Part shown: one piece after another, positions 28,364 to 38,033 of the stretch
Position numbering within the stretch: the first letter of the stretch is position 1
How the letters are laid out: each line of letters opens with the position of its first letter
Assembly: GCA_036259435.1 (NCBI GenBank)
Contig: DATABR010000067.1
Span: 1-53,111 of the forward strand
DNA length: 53,111 bases
Reading direction: 5' to 3'
Origin: Glycomyces sp.
Lineage (GTDB): Bacteria; Actinomycetota; Actinomycetes; Mycobacteriales; Micromonosporaceae
Position numbers and translations under genes: made by a program
Notes under the pieces: model-generated
What the model was told of the DNA's origin: nothing
What the model saw: the letters and a program-made list of their open reading frames with translations, nothing else
Database searches by the model: none

Positions 28364-30049
28364 ATGACCGAGCAGCTCACCAGCACCCGCGACGCCACCG
28401 CCAAGGCGCGCACCGACGCCGAGTGGTGGCGCCAGGCCGTCGTCTACCAGATCTACCCGCGCAGCTTCGCCGATGCGAACGGCGACGGCGTGGGCGACCT
28501 CCCCGGCATCACCTCGCGCGTGGACTACCTCGCGCGGCTCGGCGTCGACGCCGTGTGGCTCAGCCCGTTCTACCCCTCCGCGCTGGCCGACGGCGGCTAT
28601 GACGTCGACGACTACCGGGACGTCGACCCGCGCCTGGGCACCCTCGACGACTTCGACACGATGCTGGGGGCCTTGCACGCCAAGGGCATCAAGCTCATCG
28701 TCGACATCGTGCCGAACCACTCCTCCGACCGGCACGAATGGTTCCGGCAGGCGCTGGCGGCCCCGAAGGGCTCGCCCGAGCGCGACCGGTACGTCTTCCG
28801 CGACGGCCGCGGCGAGAACGGCGAACTGCCGCCCTCGGACTGGACCTCGTTCTTCGGCGGCCCTGCCTGGGAGCCGGTGGGCGACGGCCAGTGGTACCTG
28901 CACTACTTCGCCAAGGAGCAGCCGGACTTCAACTGGTCCAATGCCGAAGTGCACCAGGATTTCCTGACCACGCTGCGCTTCTGGTCCGACCGCGGGGTGG
29001 ACGGCTTCCGCGTCGACGTGGCGCACGGCCTCGCCAAGGACCTGCCCGCCGAGCTGCCCTCGCAGGCCGAGCTCGACGCGATGGACGACACCAGCGGCGA
29101 GCACCCGATGTGGGACCGCGACGAGGTGCACGAGATCTACCGCGAGTGGCGGCAGGTCTTCGACGAGTACGACCCGCCGCGCATCGCCGTGGCCGAGGCG
29201 TGGGTCGCCACGCCCGAGCGCCGCGCCCGCTACGCCCACGCGACCGGACTCGGGCAGGCGTTCAACTTCGACCTGCTCGAAGCCGACTTCACCGCGGGCG
29301 ACTTCCGGCGCATCATCGTGGACAACCTCGAACAGGCCGCCGCCGCCGGATCGTCCACGACCTGGGTGTTCTCCAACCACGACGTGATCCGCCACGCCAC
29401 GCGCTACGGGCTGCCGCCGAACGGCGCGACCCCGCGCAAGCACGGGAAGGCGTGGCTGCTCTCGGGCGGCGCCGCCCCCGCACTCGACGCGGCGACCGGG
29501 CTGCGGCGCGCCCGCGCGGCGACGCTGCTCATGCTGGCCCTGCCAGGGAGCGCGTATCTGTACCAAGGCGAGGAACTCGGGCTCGGGGAGGTCGCGGACC
29601 TCCCGGCGGAGGCGCGCCAGGACCCGACCTACTTCCGCAGCCCCGGCGTGGACATCGGCCGCGACGGCTGCCGGGTGCCGATCCCCTGGACCCGCGGCGG
29701 CGATTCGTACGGGTTCGGCGGATCCAAAGCCCATCTGCCGCAACCGGACTGGTTCGGTCCGCTCTCGGTCGAGGCGCAGACGGACGACCCGGCCTCGACG
29801 CTCGCGCTGTACCGCGACGCCCTCCGGCTGAGGCATGAGTTGCAGACCGACGAGTCGCTCGCGTGGGTGCCGAACGATGCGGCCGACGTGCTGCACCTGC
29901 GCCGCTCGGGCGGCTGGGAGGCAGTGATCAACTTCGGCGCGACCGCAGTGCCGCTGCCCGCCGGGGACGTGATCATCGCCAGCGGCCCTGTCGACGGGCA
30001 GGAACTGCCGGCTGAGACGACGGTTTGGCTGCGCACCAGCTCATATTGA
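28364..30049 (+). CDS. Alpha-glucosidase, glycoside hydrolase family 13
   Basis: WWRQAVVYQIYPRSFAD, DIVPNHSS, DGFRVDVAHG, VAEAW, SNHDV, YQGEELG, GRDGCRVP. Confidence 0.94.
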   Translation: MTEQLTSTRDATAKARTDAEWWRQAVVYQIYPRSFADANGDGVGDLPGITSRVDYLARLGVDAVWLSPFYPSALADGGYDVDDYRDVDPRLGTLDDFDTMLGALHAKGIKLIVDIVPNHSSDRHEWFRQALAAPKGSPERDRYVFRDGRGENGELPPSDWTSFFGGPAWEPVGDGQWYLHYFAKEQPDFNWSNAEVHQDFLTTLRFWSDRGVDGFRVDVAHGLAKDLPAELPSQAELDAMDDTSGEHPMWDRDEVHEIYREWRQVFDEYDPPRIAVAEAWVATPERRARYAHATGLGQAFNFDLLEADFTAGDFRRIIVDNLEQAAAAGSSTTWVFSNHDVIRHATRYGLPPNGATPRKHGKAWLLSGGAAPALDAATGLRRARAATLLMLALPGSAYLYQGEELGLGEVADLPAEARQDPTYFRSPGVDIGRDGCRVPIPWTRGGDSYGFGGSKAHLPQPDWFGPLSVEAQTDDPASTLALYRDALRLRHELQTDESLAWVPNDAADVLHLRRSGGWEAVINFGATAVPLPAGDVIIASGPVDGQELPAETTVWLRTSSY

Positions 30050-30126
30050 TCCGGAACTCATCGGTTCTGCGTATGCATCTGGTTTCTGGTGCTTGAGCGT
30101 TCGTTCGCTCGCGGGTCGCACGTCGG

Positions 30127-30177
30127 GCCGACAGTCGCCGCAGTGCCTCCCGCGGAGCGAGGGCGGCGACTGTCGGC
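30127..30177. terminator. 15-bp perfect inverted repeat
   Basis: GCCGACAGTCGCCGC (30127-30141) / GCGGCGACTGTCGGC (30163-30177), between convergent genes. Confidence 0.65.
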
Positions 30178-30318
30178 GCGACGCGTTCTAGAAGAGCAGC
30201 GGAGCGGTGGTGAAGTGGTTGTTGAAACTTTATGGACCGCAACGCATTTCAACGATGAAGCGGTATGGAACCTGACGAGGCGATCCGCATCTTCGGCGTC
30301 TCTAAGGACTCGATCCGC

Positions 30319-30936
30319 TCAGACCTCGTCGTCGGGGTTCGCCCGGTTGCTCAAGTTCTGGAACCGGTCTTCGCCGACGGGCACGTCGCCGATCGGCTCG
30401 CTCGCCTCGATCGGATCCTCGTCGATCGCGACGCAGCCGCTGTGGAACGCATCCAGACTGACGATGGAACCGGCCTGGTACAGCAGGGAGATGCCGTCCT
30501 CCGAAGTGCCGGTGACGCTGTTGTACTCCCCGGTCTGCTCGTCGCGCCAGGCGTCGACCTCCCAGCCCAGTTCGGTCCAGTGCCGTTCGAACGCCGCCGC
30601 GATGTCCTGGACCGCCGAGCCGTCGGTGAACTCGTCGCGCAGGGTGTACCGGGTGGTGGCCGTACTGTGGTCCTCGTCCTCGCCCTGGTCGTTGTGGTCC
30701 TCGCCGTAAAAGCAGCCGGTCAGTTCGCGCTCGCGCGTGGCGAAACCGGCGAAGCCGTCCGCCTGCTCGACCGAGTCGGCGATCCGCGACTCGAACTCGG
30801 CCAGGACCTCGACATCGGTGTAGTCCTCGTTGATGTCGGGCGAGGAGCAGCCGGACAGCGCGACCGTCATGATCGCGGCGGCGGCGACGGCGGGCCACCG
30901 CAGGAGGGAAGGGGTGGTGATAGTTCGGGGCGTCAC
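30319..30936 (-). CDS. Putative lipoprotein (LppA-like, uncharacterised)
   Basis: Lipobox VALSGC; acidic body with HWTELGWEV motif; GAGAGGA RBS. Confidence 0.7.
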   Translation of the reverse strand: MTPRTITTPSLLRWPAVAAAAIMTVALSGCSSPDINEDYTDVEVLAEFESRIADSVEQADGFAGFATRERELTGCFYGEDHNDQGEDEDHSTATTRYTLRDEFTDGSAVQDIAAAFERHWTELGWEVDAWRDEQTGEYNSVTGTSEDGISLLYQAGSIVSLDAFHSGCVAIDEDPIEASEPIGDVPVGEDRFQNLSNRANPDDEV

Positions 30937-30990
30937 GAGGGATCCTCTCGACAGGGCCGGGGCGGCCCCGATCCTAACGACCGCGACCGG

Positions 30991-31749
30991 TCAGAGGATC
31001 AGCAGCGCGGCTCCCACGGCCGAGAGCGCGATCGTCGCGTACTCGAACTGCTTCTGGTTCACTCGATGCACCACGGCCCGACCGGTGAACGCGCCGATCG
31101 CCACGGCCGGGATCAGCAGCGCCGCCATGAGCAGGGTGTGCCAGCTGATGAGTCCGAGTCCGGCGCTGATCGGAACCTTGAACAGGTTGACCGCGAAGAA
31201 GAACCACGCCATGGTGCCCAGGAACGTCAGCTTCGGGAAGCCCGACAGCAGCAGGTAGAGGACCATGACCGGCCCGGCCGCGTTCGCCATCATCGTGGCC
31301 GCACCGGCCGCGACGCCCGCCCCGGCTGCTGCGCTCCTTCGAACCAGGCCGCTCGGCGGCCTCGCATCATCCAACTTGGGACGCAACTTGTTCCAAAGCT
31401 GCAAGGCGAGCATCGCCAGCAAAATCGCCCCGATGAGCACCCGCATCTGGGCATCGTCCGCGAACCACAGGGCCACCGCGCCGATCGCCGTCCCGACCAC
31501 GACCCACGGGGCCAGCCGTCCCAGCACCCGCCACTCCACGTGACGCGAGTAGAAGCGGATCGCGAACAGGTCCGCGAGGATCAGCACCGGCAGCAGCGCC
31601 CCGGTCGACTCCTTGGCCGGCAGCACCGTCGCGAACAGCAGGATCGCGAGGGAGGCGGTGCCGTTGATGCCGGTCTTGGAGAAGCCGACCAGCGAGGCCG
31701 CGAGCGCGAGCGCCGCCCAGGCCGCCGGGTCGGAGGGAAGTTCGGTCAT
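30991..31749 (-). CDS. Sulfite exporter TauE/SafE family membrane protein
   Basis: VGFSKTGING, STGALLP.LI.AD, TMMANAAGP, FLGT.AWFF..VNLFKVP. Confidence 0.9.
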   Translation of the reverse strand: MTELPSDPAAWAALALAASLVGFSKTGINGTASLAILLFATVLPAKESTGALLPVLILADLFAIRFYSRHVEWRVLGRLAPWVVVGTAIGAVALWFADDAQMRVLIGAILLAMLALQLWNKLRPKLDDARPPSGLVRRSAAAGAGVAAGAATMMANAAGPVMVLYLLLSGFPKLTFLGTMAWFFFAVNLFKVPISAGLGLISWHTLLMAALLIPAVAIGAFTGRAVVHRVNQKQFEYATIALSAVGAALLIL

Positions 31750-31844
31750 GGGATCGCATTGTTCACTCCGGGCCCTAGCTTCCGGCCCTGCGGTCGGGTC
31801 TGGCGTGAGGCCGCGAGGTGAGGTACGCTGCCTCGGCAAGGTAA

Positions 31845-31856
31845 TGAAACGATTCA
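31845..31856. promoter_or_regulatory. LacI-like operator between the tauE-like and lldD-like genes
   Basis: TGAAACGATTCA imperfect palindrome in an AT-rich patch. Confidence 0.55.
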
Positions 31857-31934
31857 ATACGTTGGTCGGCGTCCGACGCCAAGGCGATGCGGGAGCTCAT
31901 CGGACGTCCTGATCAGAGTTCGATAGGCCCTCAC

Positions 31935-33167
31935 ATGACTCAGCGACAATTCCCCCGCCCCGGGGACCTCCTCCCCCTGGTCCGCTTCAAGAAGCCGGAC
32001 TTCAACGGCAAGCGCCGCCGCCTGCGGGCCGCGCTCACGATCGCAGACCTGCGACTGATCGCCAAGAAGCGCACGCCCCGCGCCGCATTCGACTACACCG
32101 AGGGCGCGGCCGAGGCCGAGCTGTCCTTGGCCCGGGCGCGGCAGGCGTTCCAGGACATCGAGTTCCACCCGGCGATCCTCCGTGACGTCTCCAAGGTGGA
32201 CACCGGCTGGGACGTGCTCGGCCGCCGCTCGGAGCTGCCGTTCGGCATCGCCCCGACCGGCTTCACCCGCATGATGCACACCGAGGGCGAGCGTGCCGGG
32301 GCCGGAGCCGCCGCGGCGGCGGGCATCCCGTTCGCGCTGTCCACGATGGGCACCACGCCGATCGAGGACGTGGCCGAAGTCGGCGGTCCCGAAGGGCGCC
32401 ACTGGTTCCAGCTGTACATGTGGAAGGACCGGGACCGCTCGATGGCGCTGGTGGAGCGGGCCGCAGCCGCCGGCTTCGACACACTGCTGGTCACGGTCGA
32501 CGTGCCGGTGGCCGGTGCGCGTCTTCGCGACCGGCGCAACGGGTTCGCCATCCCGCCGGAGCTCACGGCCAGGACGGTCTTCGACATGGCGAAGCACCCG
32601 AACTGGTGGTTCGACATGCTGACGACCGAGCCGCTCTCGTTCGCCTCGCTGAGCCGCTGGTCGGGGACGGTGGCCGAGCTGCTCGACACCATGTTCGATC
32701 CCACGGTGGACTACGAGGACCTGGCCTGGATCAAGCAGCAGTGGCCCGGGAAGCTCGTGGTCAAGGGCGTCCAGACCGTCAAGGACGCCAGGCGTCTCGC
32801 CGACCTGGGCGTGGACGGCATCACGCTGTCGAACCACGGCGGCCGCCAGCTCGACCGCGCGCCGATCCCGTTCCACCTGCTGCCCGAGGTGGTGCGGGAA
32901 GTCGGGCGCGACACCGAGGTGCACCTCGACACGGGCATCATGTCCGGCGCCGACATCGTCGCGGCCATCGCGCTCGGGGCGCGGTTCACGATGATCGGCC
33001 GCGCGTACCTGTACGGCCTGATGGCGGGCGGCCGAGACGGCGTGGACCGCACGATCGCGATCCTCAAGGAGGAGGTCGAGCGCACGATGAAACTGCTCGG
33101 CGTCGCGTCCCTCGAAGAGCTCGAACCGGGTCACGTCACGCAGCTGCAACGCCTGTTGCCACGTTGA
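31935..33167 (+). CDS. lldD: FMN-dependent alpha-hydroxy acid oxidase/L-lactate dehydrogenase
   Basis: [52 protein letters not shown]. Confidence 0.88.
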   Translation: MTQRQFPRPGDLLPLVRFKKPDFNGKRRRLRAALTIADLRLIAKKRTPRAAFDYTEGAAEAELSLARARQAFQDIEFHPAILRDVSKVDTGWDVLGRRSELPFGIAPTGFTRMMHTEGERAGAGAAAAAGIPFALSTMGTTPIEDVAEVGGPEGRHWFQLYMWKDRDRSMALVERAAAAGFDTLLVTVDVPVAGARLRDRRNGFAIPPELTARTVFDMAKHPNWWFDMLTTEPLSFASLSRWSGTVAELLDTMFDPTVDYEDLAWIKQQWPGKLVVKGVQTVKDARRLADLGVDGITLSNHGGRQLDRAPIPFHLLPEVVREVGRDTEVHLDTGIMSGADIVAAIALGARFTMIGRAYLYGLMAGGRDGVDRTIAILKEEVERTMKLLGVASLEELEPGHVTQLQRLLPR

Positions 33168-33232
33168 GCCCAAGCCCCTGGGCCGCATCCGACCGAGCCT
33201 CTCGGGCGCAAGCGGCGTTGGGGCTGGATCGT

Positions 33233-33357
33233 TATAATGCCAATCGATTGCCAGCGCATCGCGGGGCCGTCCGCAGGGTATCGAGTATGGCAGAGCTCGG
33301 CTATGATTCGGAAAGTTCACCGGCATGGAACCGGCGCACGGAAACCTATCGATTGCC
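33233..33357. promoter_or_regulatory. Promoter with two LacI-type operators upstream of lacI
   Basis: TATAAT (33233-33238) directly followed by GCCAATCGATTGCC (33239-33252); second ATCGATTGCC at 33348-33357. Confidence 0.65.
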
Positions 33358-33396
33358 GCTTGACAACCTCCGGCAACAAACGCGAAAGGGCGAGGC

Positions 33397-34416
33397 GTGG
33401 GCAAGACGGACGCAGCCGGTCGGCAACGCAACGGCGAGCGCAAAGCGCCGCCGACCATCTACGACATCGCGCGCCTCACCGGCGTGAGCCCCTCCACGGT
33501 GTCGCGGGCGCTGAACAAGCCCGGCCGCCTCAATGAGCAGACCGAGCGGCGCATCCGCGATGCCGCCGCCGAACTGGGGTACCGGATCAATCCGATGGCG
33601 CGGGCCCTGCCGACCGGGAAGACCGGCACACTGGGCCTGCTGGTCTCGGACATCACCAACCCGGTGTACTTCGACCTCGTGCGCGGGGCCGAGCGGGTGG
33701 CCTCGGAGACCGGCCTGACGCTGGTCTTCGCCGACTCGCAGGAGTCCCCGGAACTGGAACGCGCGACGGCCGAGCGGCTGCAGACCTCCGTGGACGGCCT
33801 GCTCCTGGTCGGCTCGCGCTTGGAGGACCCGCAGATCCAGGAGCTGTCCACGGTGAAGCCGCTCGTGGTCGTCAACCGGCTGGTCGACGGCATCCCGGCG
33901 GTCTTCCCCGACGTGCGGCCCGGCATCACGGCCGCGCTCGAGCGCCTGCGCGGTCTCGGACACCGCCGCATCGCCTACCTGGCCGGGCCCGAGGCCTCGT
34001 GGATGAACGGCATGAAGTGGCGCACGGCGTTCGACATCGCCGTGGGCTGGGACATGTCCATCGTGGAGATCAAGTCGAGCGCGCCGACCCGCGAGGGCGG
34101 CGCCGAGGCGTTCCAGCGTGTCAAGGCCGCCGGGGTGAGCGCCGTGCTCGCCTACAACGACCTCACCGCGCTCGGACTGCTGCGCGAATGCCGCGACCAC
34201 GGCGTGGACGTGCCCGGCGAACTCGGCATCGTCGGCTTCGACGACATCTTCGGGGCCGACCTCCCCACCCCGGCGCTGAGCACCATCAAATGCCCGTGGG
34301 CCGCCATCGGCGAGCGGTCGCTGCGGCGGCTCCTCGCCGAGATCGACGGCGACGCCGCTGAGGCCGAGCTGGTCCTGCCGACCGCGTTCGTCGACCGCGA
34401 ATCGGTGGCGGCCTAG
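33397..34416 (+). CDS. LacI family transcriptional regulator
   Basis: TIYDIARLTGVSPSTVSRALN, YNDL.ALG, VGFDDI, LSTI, RES. Confidence 0.94.
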   Translation: MGKTDAAGRQRNGERKAPPTIYDIARLTGVSPSTVSRALNKPGRLNEQTERRIRDAAAELGYRINPMARALPTGKTGTLGLLVSDITNPVYFDLVRGAERVASETGLTLVFADSQESPELERATAERLQTSVDGLLLVGSRLEDPQIQELSTVKPLVVVNRLVDGIPAVFPDVRPGITAALERLRGLGHRRIAYLAGPEASWMNGMKWRTAFDIAVGWDMSIVEIKSSAPTREGGAEAFQRVKAAGVSAVLAYNDLTALGLLRECRDHGVDVPGELGIVGFDDIFGADLPTPALSTIKCPWAAIGERSLRRLLAEIDGDAAEAELVLPTAFVDRESVAA

Positions 34417-34606
34417 CGTAGGCGGGTGCCGGGCCCCGCGGTTCAGTGGGATTCGCAGTGGACTTGCGAATCTGATGCGCCTTCGCTTGCGCGCAGCGAA
34501 GTGCCTCCGCGTTCGTTTCGCGTACGGCCTTGTCGACGTGGACGCAAAGCGCCGCGGCGCGTCGGGCGGCAGGCCCGGGAACGGCGCTGACGAAGGCCCA
34601 AATCGT

Positions 34607-34635
34607 TTGACGTCGGCGCCCGCTTCGGCCATGGT
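34607..34635 (+). promoter_or_regulatory. Putative promoter of the MFS gene
   Basis: TTGACG (34607-34612), 17 bp, CATGGT (34630-34635). Confidence 0.45.
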
Positions 34636-34713
34636 GTTGGAGGCGCAAGCGCTTCCCCGCCCGATGAGCGCGCCTCCTCCCGACGGGCGAGATCGACCCG
34701 ACCGTCCGCCGAG

Positions 34714-36024
34714 GTGACGCCCGTGGCCTTCCCCGACCGCTCCCGTACCGATCCGTACCGGCTCTATCTGGTGATGCGGGTGGGCCTCTCTTTCGCGGTC
34801 GCCATGGCGTTCACGACCACAGTGGTCTACCGGGTCGAGGACGGTGGCCTGGATCCGTTCCAGCTGCTCATGATCGGGACCGTCCTCGAGGTGACCTACC
34901 TCGTGTTCCAGCTTCCCACCGGCATTCTGGCCGATCTGGTGAGTCGGCGCGCGTGCGTGGTGGCAGGCTTCGGGATCTACGCCGGCGGCCTCTTCTGGCA
35001 GGGCCTCTCGCCCGAGTTCCTGGTCCACCTGCTGGCGCAGGTACTCCTCGCGCTCGGCGCGGCGCTCATGAGCGGCGCGCAGGAGTCCTGGGTCGCCGAC
35101 GAGACCCGCAAGGCCGAAATGACGCCGGTGTACCTGCGGGCCACGCAGCTCAGCTTCATCGGCGGCATCGCGGGCAGCCTTCTGAGCGGCGCCCTCGGAA
35201 GCGTCGCCCTCTCTGTGCCGATGCTCGTCTCCGGCGCGCTCATGGGGATCGGCACCATCGCACTCGCTCTCGTGATGCCCGAGCGGCATTTCCAGCGCCC
35301 CGCCAACGACGGCCGGGTCAAGACCGTGCTCCAGCAGGCCCGCACCGAGGTCGGCGAGCAGGTCCGCGCTTCGCGCAGGGGCGCCCGGACGGTTCCAGGG
35401 CTGGCAATGCTGCTCGGGATGACTTTCGCGTTCCGGCTGTGGAGCGAGAGTTACGACCGGCTTTCGGGGGCGTTCCTGTTGGAGGACATCGGCTTCCCCG
35501 ACATGTTCGGGCTCGAGCCGGCCATGTGGTTCAGCCTCGTCTCCTGCGTGATCGCGCTGCTCGGGATCGGCCTCACCGAATGGGCCAGGCGCCGCACCGC
35601 GCGTCTCGGGTCGGGCGCGATCATCGGCATGCTGGGGCTGTTCACCGCCGTGACCCTTGTCGGCGTCGTGGGATACGGCCTCTCGGAGTCCTTCTGGGTC
35701 GCAATCGCCTTCCTGCTGCTGGTCTCGACCGCCCGGCCACTGTACGAGCCGCTGGTCAACGGCTGGCTGGTGGTCCGAATCGAACCGAAGGTCCGCGCGA
35801 CCGCGCTCTCGGCCCGGGACATGTTCGACAGCGGCGGCCAGATCGCGGGAGGGCCGGTCATCGGCGCGATCGGCAGCGCCTTCTCGATCCGGACCGCGAT
35901 CCTGACCGGCGCCGCCGTGCTCGTGCCCGCCGTCCTTTTCCTGATCGGCATGGAGCGCAAGGCCAAAGCCGCCGCGGCCGGCGAACCGAACGCCGAGCCG
36001 GTTAAGGCCGCCGAGCGTGGTTAA
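34714..36024 (+). CDS. MFS efflux transporter, TetA(P)/DHA3-like
   Basis: LDPFQLLMIGTVLEVTYLVFQLPTGILADLVSRR, SGAQESWVADE, SESYDRL, KVRATALS, GQIAGGPVIG; about 12 hydrophobic segments. Confidence 0.85.
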   Translation: MTPVAFPDRSRTDPYRLYLVMRVGLSFAVAMAFTTTVVYRVEDGGLDPFQLLMIGTVLEVTYLVFQLPTGILADLVSRRACVVAGFGIYAGGLFWQGLSPEFLVHLLAQVLLALGAALMSGAQESWVADETRKAEMTPVYLRATQLSFIGGIAGSLLSGALGSVALSVPMLVSGALMGIGTIALALVMPERHFQRPANDGRVKTVLQQARTEVGEQVRASRRGARTVPGLAMLLGMTFAFRLWSESYDRLSGAFLLEDIGFPDMFGLEPAMWFSLVSCVIALLGIGLTEWARRRTARLGSGAIIGMLGLFTAVTLVGVVGYGLSESFWVAIAFLLLVSTARPLYEPLVNGWLVVRIEPKVRATALSARDMFDSGGQIAGGPVIGAIGSAFSIRTAILTGAAVLVPAVLFLIGMERKAKAAAAGEPNAEPVKAAERG

Positions 36025-36154
36025 CGGTGCGGCGCGATCGACGCGCCGCACCGGACTCAGAAGTCGAAGTCGGATAATTGCCTCTTTAATCTTTAAAGAA
36101 ACCATGCTAATCTCGGCCGAATTCCTCGATCTCCGTACCGTTTGGAGGTATTCC

Positions 36155-37378
36155 ATGGTTTCGCGAAGAACCATGATCACCGTTACCGCCGCCGCTGGAG
36201 CCGTTGCGGCGAGTTCCCCGTGGTGGCGGTCGTTCGCCGTTCCCAGCGCCGACGCGGCACCGGCCACTTGCGAGCTCGCGCTCCTCAATGACACCGACGC
36301 GACCGCCGTCAACGCCTACGTCACCGGGCGCGAGTTCGGCACCGACCGCATGATGCTCTTGCGGGCCGATGGAAGTCCGTACTACCTGGAGGAACCGGCC
36401 GGCCCGGGAGCGCCGCTGCCGGTCGACCCCGCGATCCCCCTCGCCGCGCCCGGAGTCGACCCGGTCGTGGTGACGCTGCCGCGGATGTACGGCGCGCGCG
36501 TCTACTTCGTGCGCGAATCCACACTCGAGTTCTTCGTCAACCCCGGGCCCGCCCTCGTCGAGCCCGCGCTGCACAACAGCGCCGACGCGAACTACGGCAA
36601 GATCGTCTCCTTCTGCGAGTTCACCTTCAACGACGTGCAGCTGTTCGTCAACGTCAGCTATGTCGACCTCGTCACCGCCCTCCCGATCGGGCTGCGGCTG
36701 CAAGGCGACGGCGACCACGAGGTGGCGGCGCTCCCCCGAGGAGCGGTCGAGGCGATCGCGACAGCGCTCGCCGCCCAGTCCGACGCCGACGGCCACCCGT
36801 GGGGCGACCTCGTGATGCGCGACGGCGACGGCCGCCTTCTGCGGGTCATGTCGCCGCAGAACCTCATGGCGCCGCACTTCGGGCAGCCCGACATGCCGTT
36901 CGCCGGGTACTGGGAGGGTTACGTCGACCAGGTCTGGGACCACTACCGGGGCACCGATCTGCGGATCGATCTCCAAGGCGGGCGCGGGATCCTCACCGGG
37001 CGGGTGAACGGCGACGTGCTCGCCTTCGACGACGGCTCGACCTTCGCCAAGCCTGGCTCGCGCGACGTCTTCACCTGCGACCACGGGCCTTTCGCCAACA
37101 TCCCCTCCGACACCGACGCGAAGAAGGGCGCGCTCGCGCGCCTCGCCGCCGGGTGCAATCGCAGCACCGTCCACAGCCACGCCGACCAACCCAACGGCCC
37201 CGGAGTGGAGGACTTCTACGCCAACTCGGTCACCAACCACTACGCCCGCGCCGTGCACGAGAACTCGCCGATCGGATATGCCTTCCCATACGACGACGTG
37301 ACCCCCGACGGCGCGCCCGACCAGTCCGGGGTCGCCTTCGACGGCAACCCGACGAGACTCACGCTCATCGTCACCTGA
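36155..37378 (+). CDS. Tat-secreted beta-1,3-glucanase, GH64 (laminaripentaose-producing type)
   Basis: SRRTMI Tat signal; GARVYF, SFCEFTFN, NVSYVD, NHYAR.VH, GYAFPYDDV; GGAGG RBS. Confidence 0.9.
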   Translation: MVSRRTMITVTAAAGAVAASSPWWRSFAVPSADAAPATCELALLNDTDATAVNAYVTGREFGTDRMMLLRADGSPYYLEEPAGPGAPLPVDPAIPLAAPGVDPVVVTLPRMYGARVYFVRESTLEFFVNPGPALVEPALHNSADANYGKIVSFCEFTFNDVQLFVNVSYVDLVTALPIGLRLQGDGDHEVAALPRGAVEAIATALAAQSDADGHPWGDLVMRDGDGRLLRVMSPQNLMAPHFGQPDMPFAGYWEGYVDQVWDHYRGTDLRIDLQGGRGILTGRVNGDVLAFDDGSTFAKPGSRDVFTCDHGPFANIPSDTDAKKGALARLAAGCNRSTVHSHADQPNGPGVEDFYANSVTNHYARAVHENSPIGYAFPYDDVTPDGAPDQSGVAFDGNPTRLTLIVT

Positions 37379-37554
37379 CACCGGCTTCCTCGGCGGCCGC
37401 CATGCGATGCGGCCGTGGGGGCCGTGTCGTTCCCCCTCTCGGCCCGGTCCTTGGCACCGCGCCGAATCGGAGCGAGGATCGGAGTCGGCCGGAACCATGC
37501 GCGCATCGGGCTTCGATGCCTACGCTCACCGGTGTGACGGAGAGGGAAGCACAC

Positions 37555-38016
37555 ATGAAGACCACCACGCTCGGCGCGAACGGACCTGAAGTCGGCGCGA
37601 TCGGCTTGGGCTGCGACCCGCTCGACGCGGTGCTCCCTTACCGCCAGGAGCGCGGCATCGCGTTCCTGCCGTTCGCACCGCTGGGCCGCGGCTTCCTGAC
37701 CGGCCGCATCGCGTCCTTCGATGAACTGCCGGAAGACGACTTCCGGCGGCGTTTGCCGCGGTTCCAGCAGGACGCGCTGCGCGCCAACCTCGAGCTCGTG
37801 GGCCGCGTGCGCGCCCTCGCCGAACGCGTCGGAGCGAGCCCGGCGCAGGTGGCGCTCGCCTGGGTGCTGGCCCAAGGGGATTACGTGATCCCGATCCCGG
37901 GCACCAAGACCCCGAAGTACCTCGCCGACAACGCGGGCGCAGGCGACCTCGCGCTCACCGCCGCCGACCTGGCCGAGCTCGACGCCCTGCCCGCGCCGGT
38001 CGGCACCCGCTACTGA
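37555..38016 (+). pseudogene. Aldo/keto reductase with a large in-frame internal deletion
   Basis: MKTTTLGANGPEVGAIGLGC joins directly to DPLDAVLP...IAFLPFAPLGRGFLTG; the catalytic DTAxxY/K/H core is missing. Confidence 0.88.
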
Positions 38017-38033
38017 TCGTTCAGGGAGCACCG

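Noticed and set aside
30221-30253. GTTGAAA...TTTCAAC as a CRISPR repeat
   Set aside because: Single copy; no array seen.
33346-36312. 988-aa minus-strand ORF and other long antisense or alternate-frame ORFs (e.g. 3860-5821, 11300-13624, 14764-17148, 24742-26607, 38010-40229)
   Set aside because: Shadow ORFs typical of high-GC DNA. They overlap well-supported genes, are Arg/Pro/Gly-rich and show no motifs.
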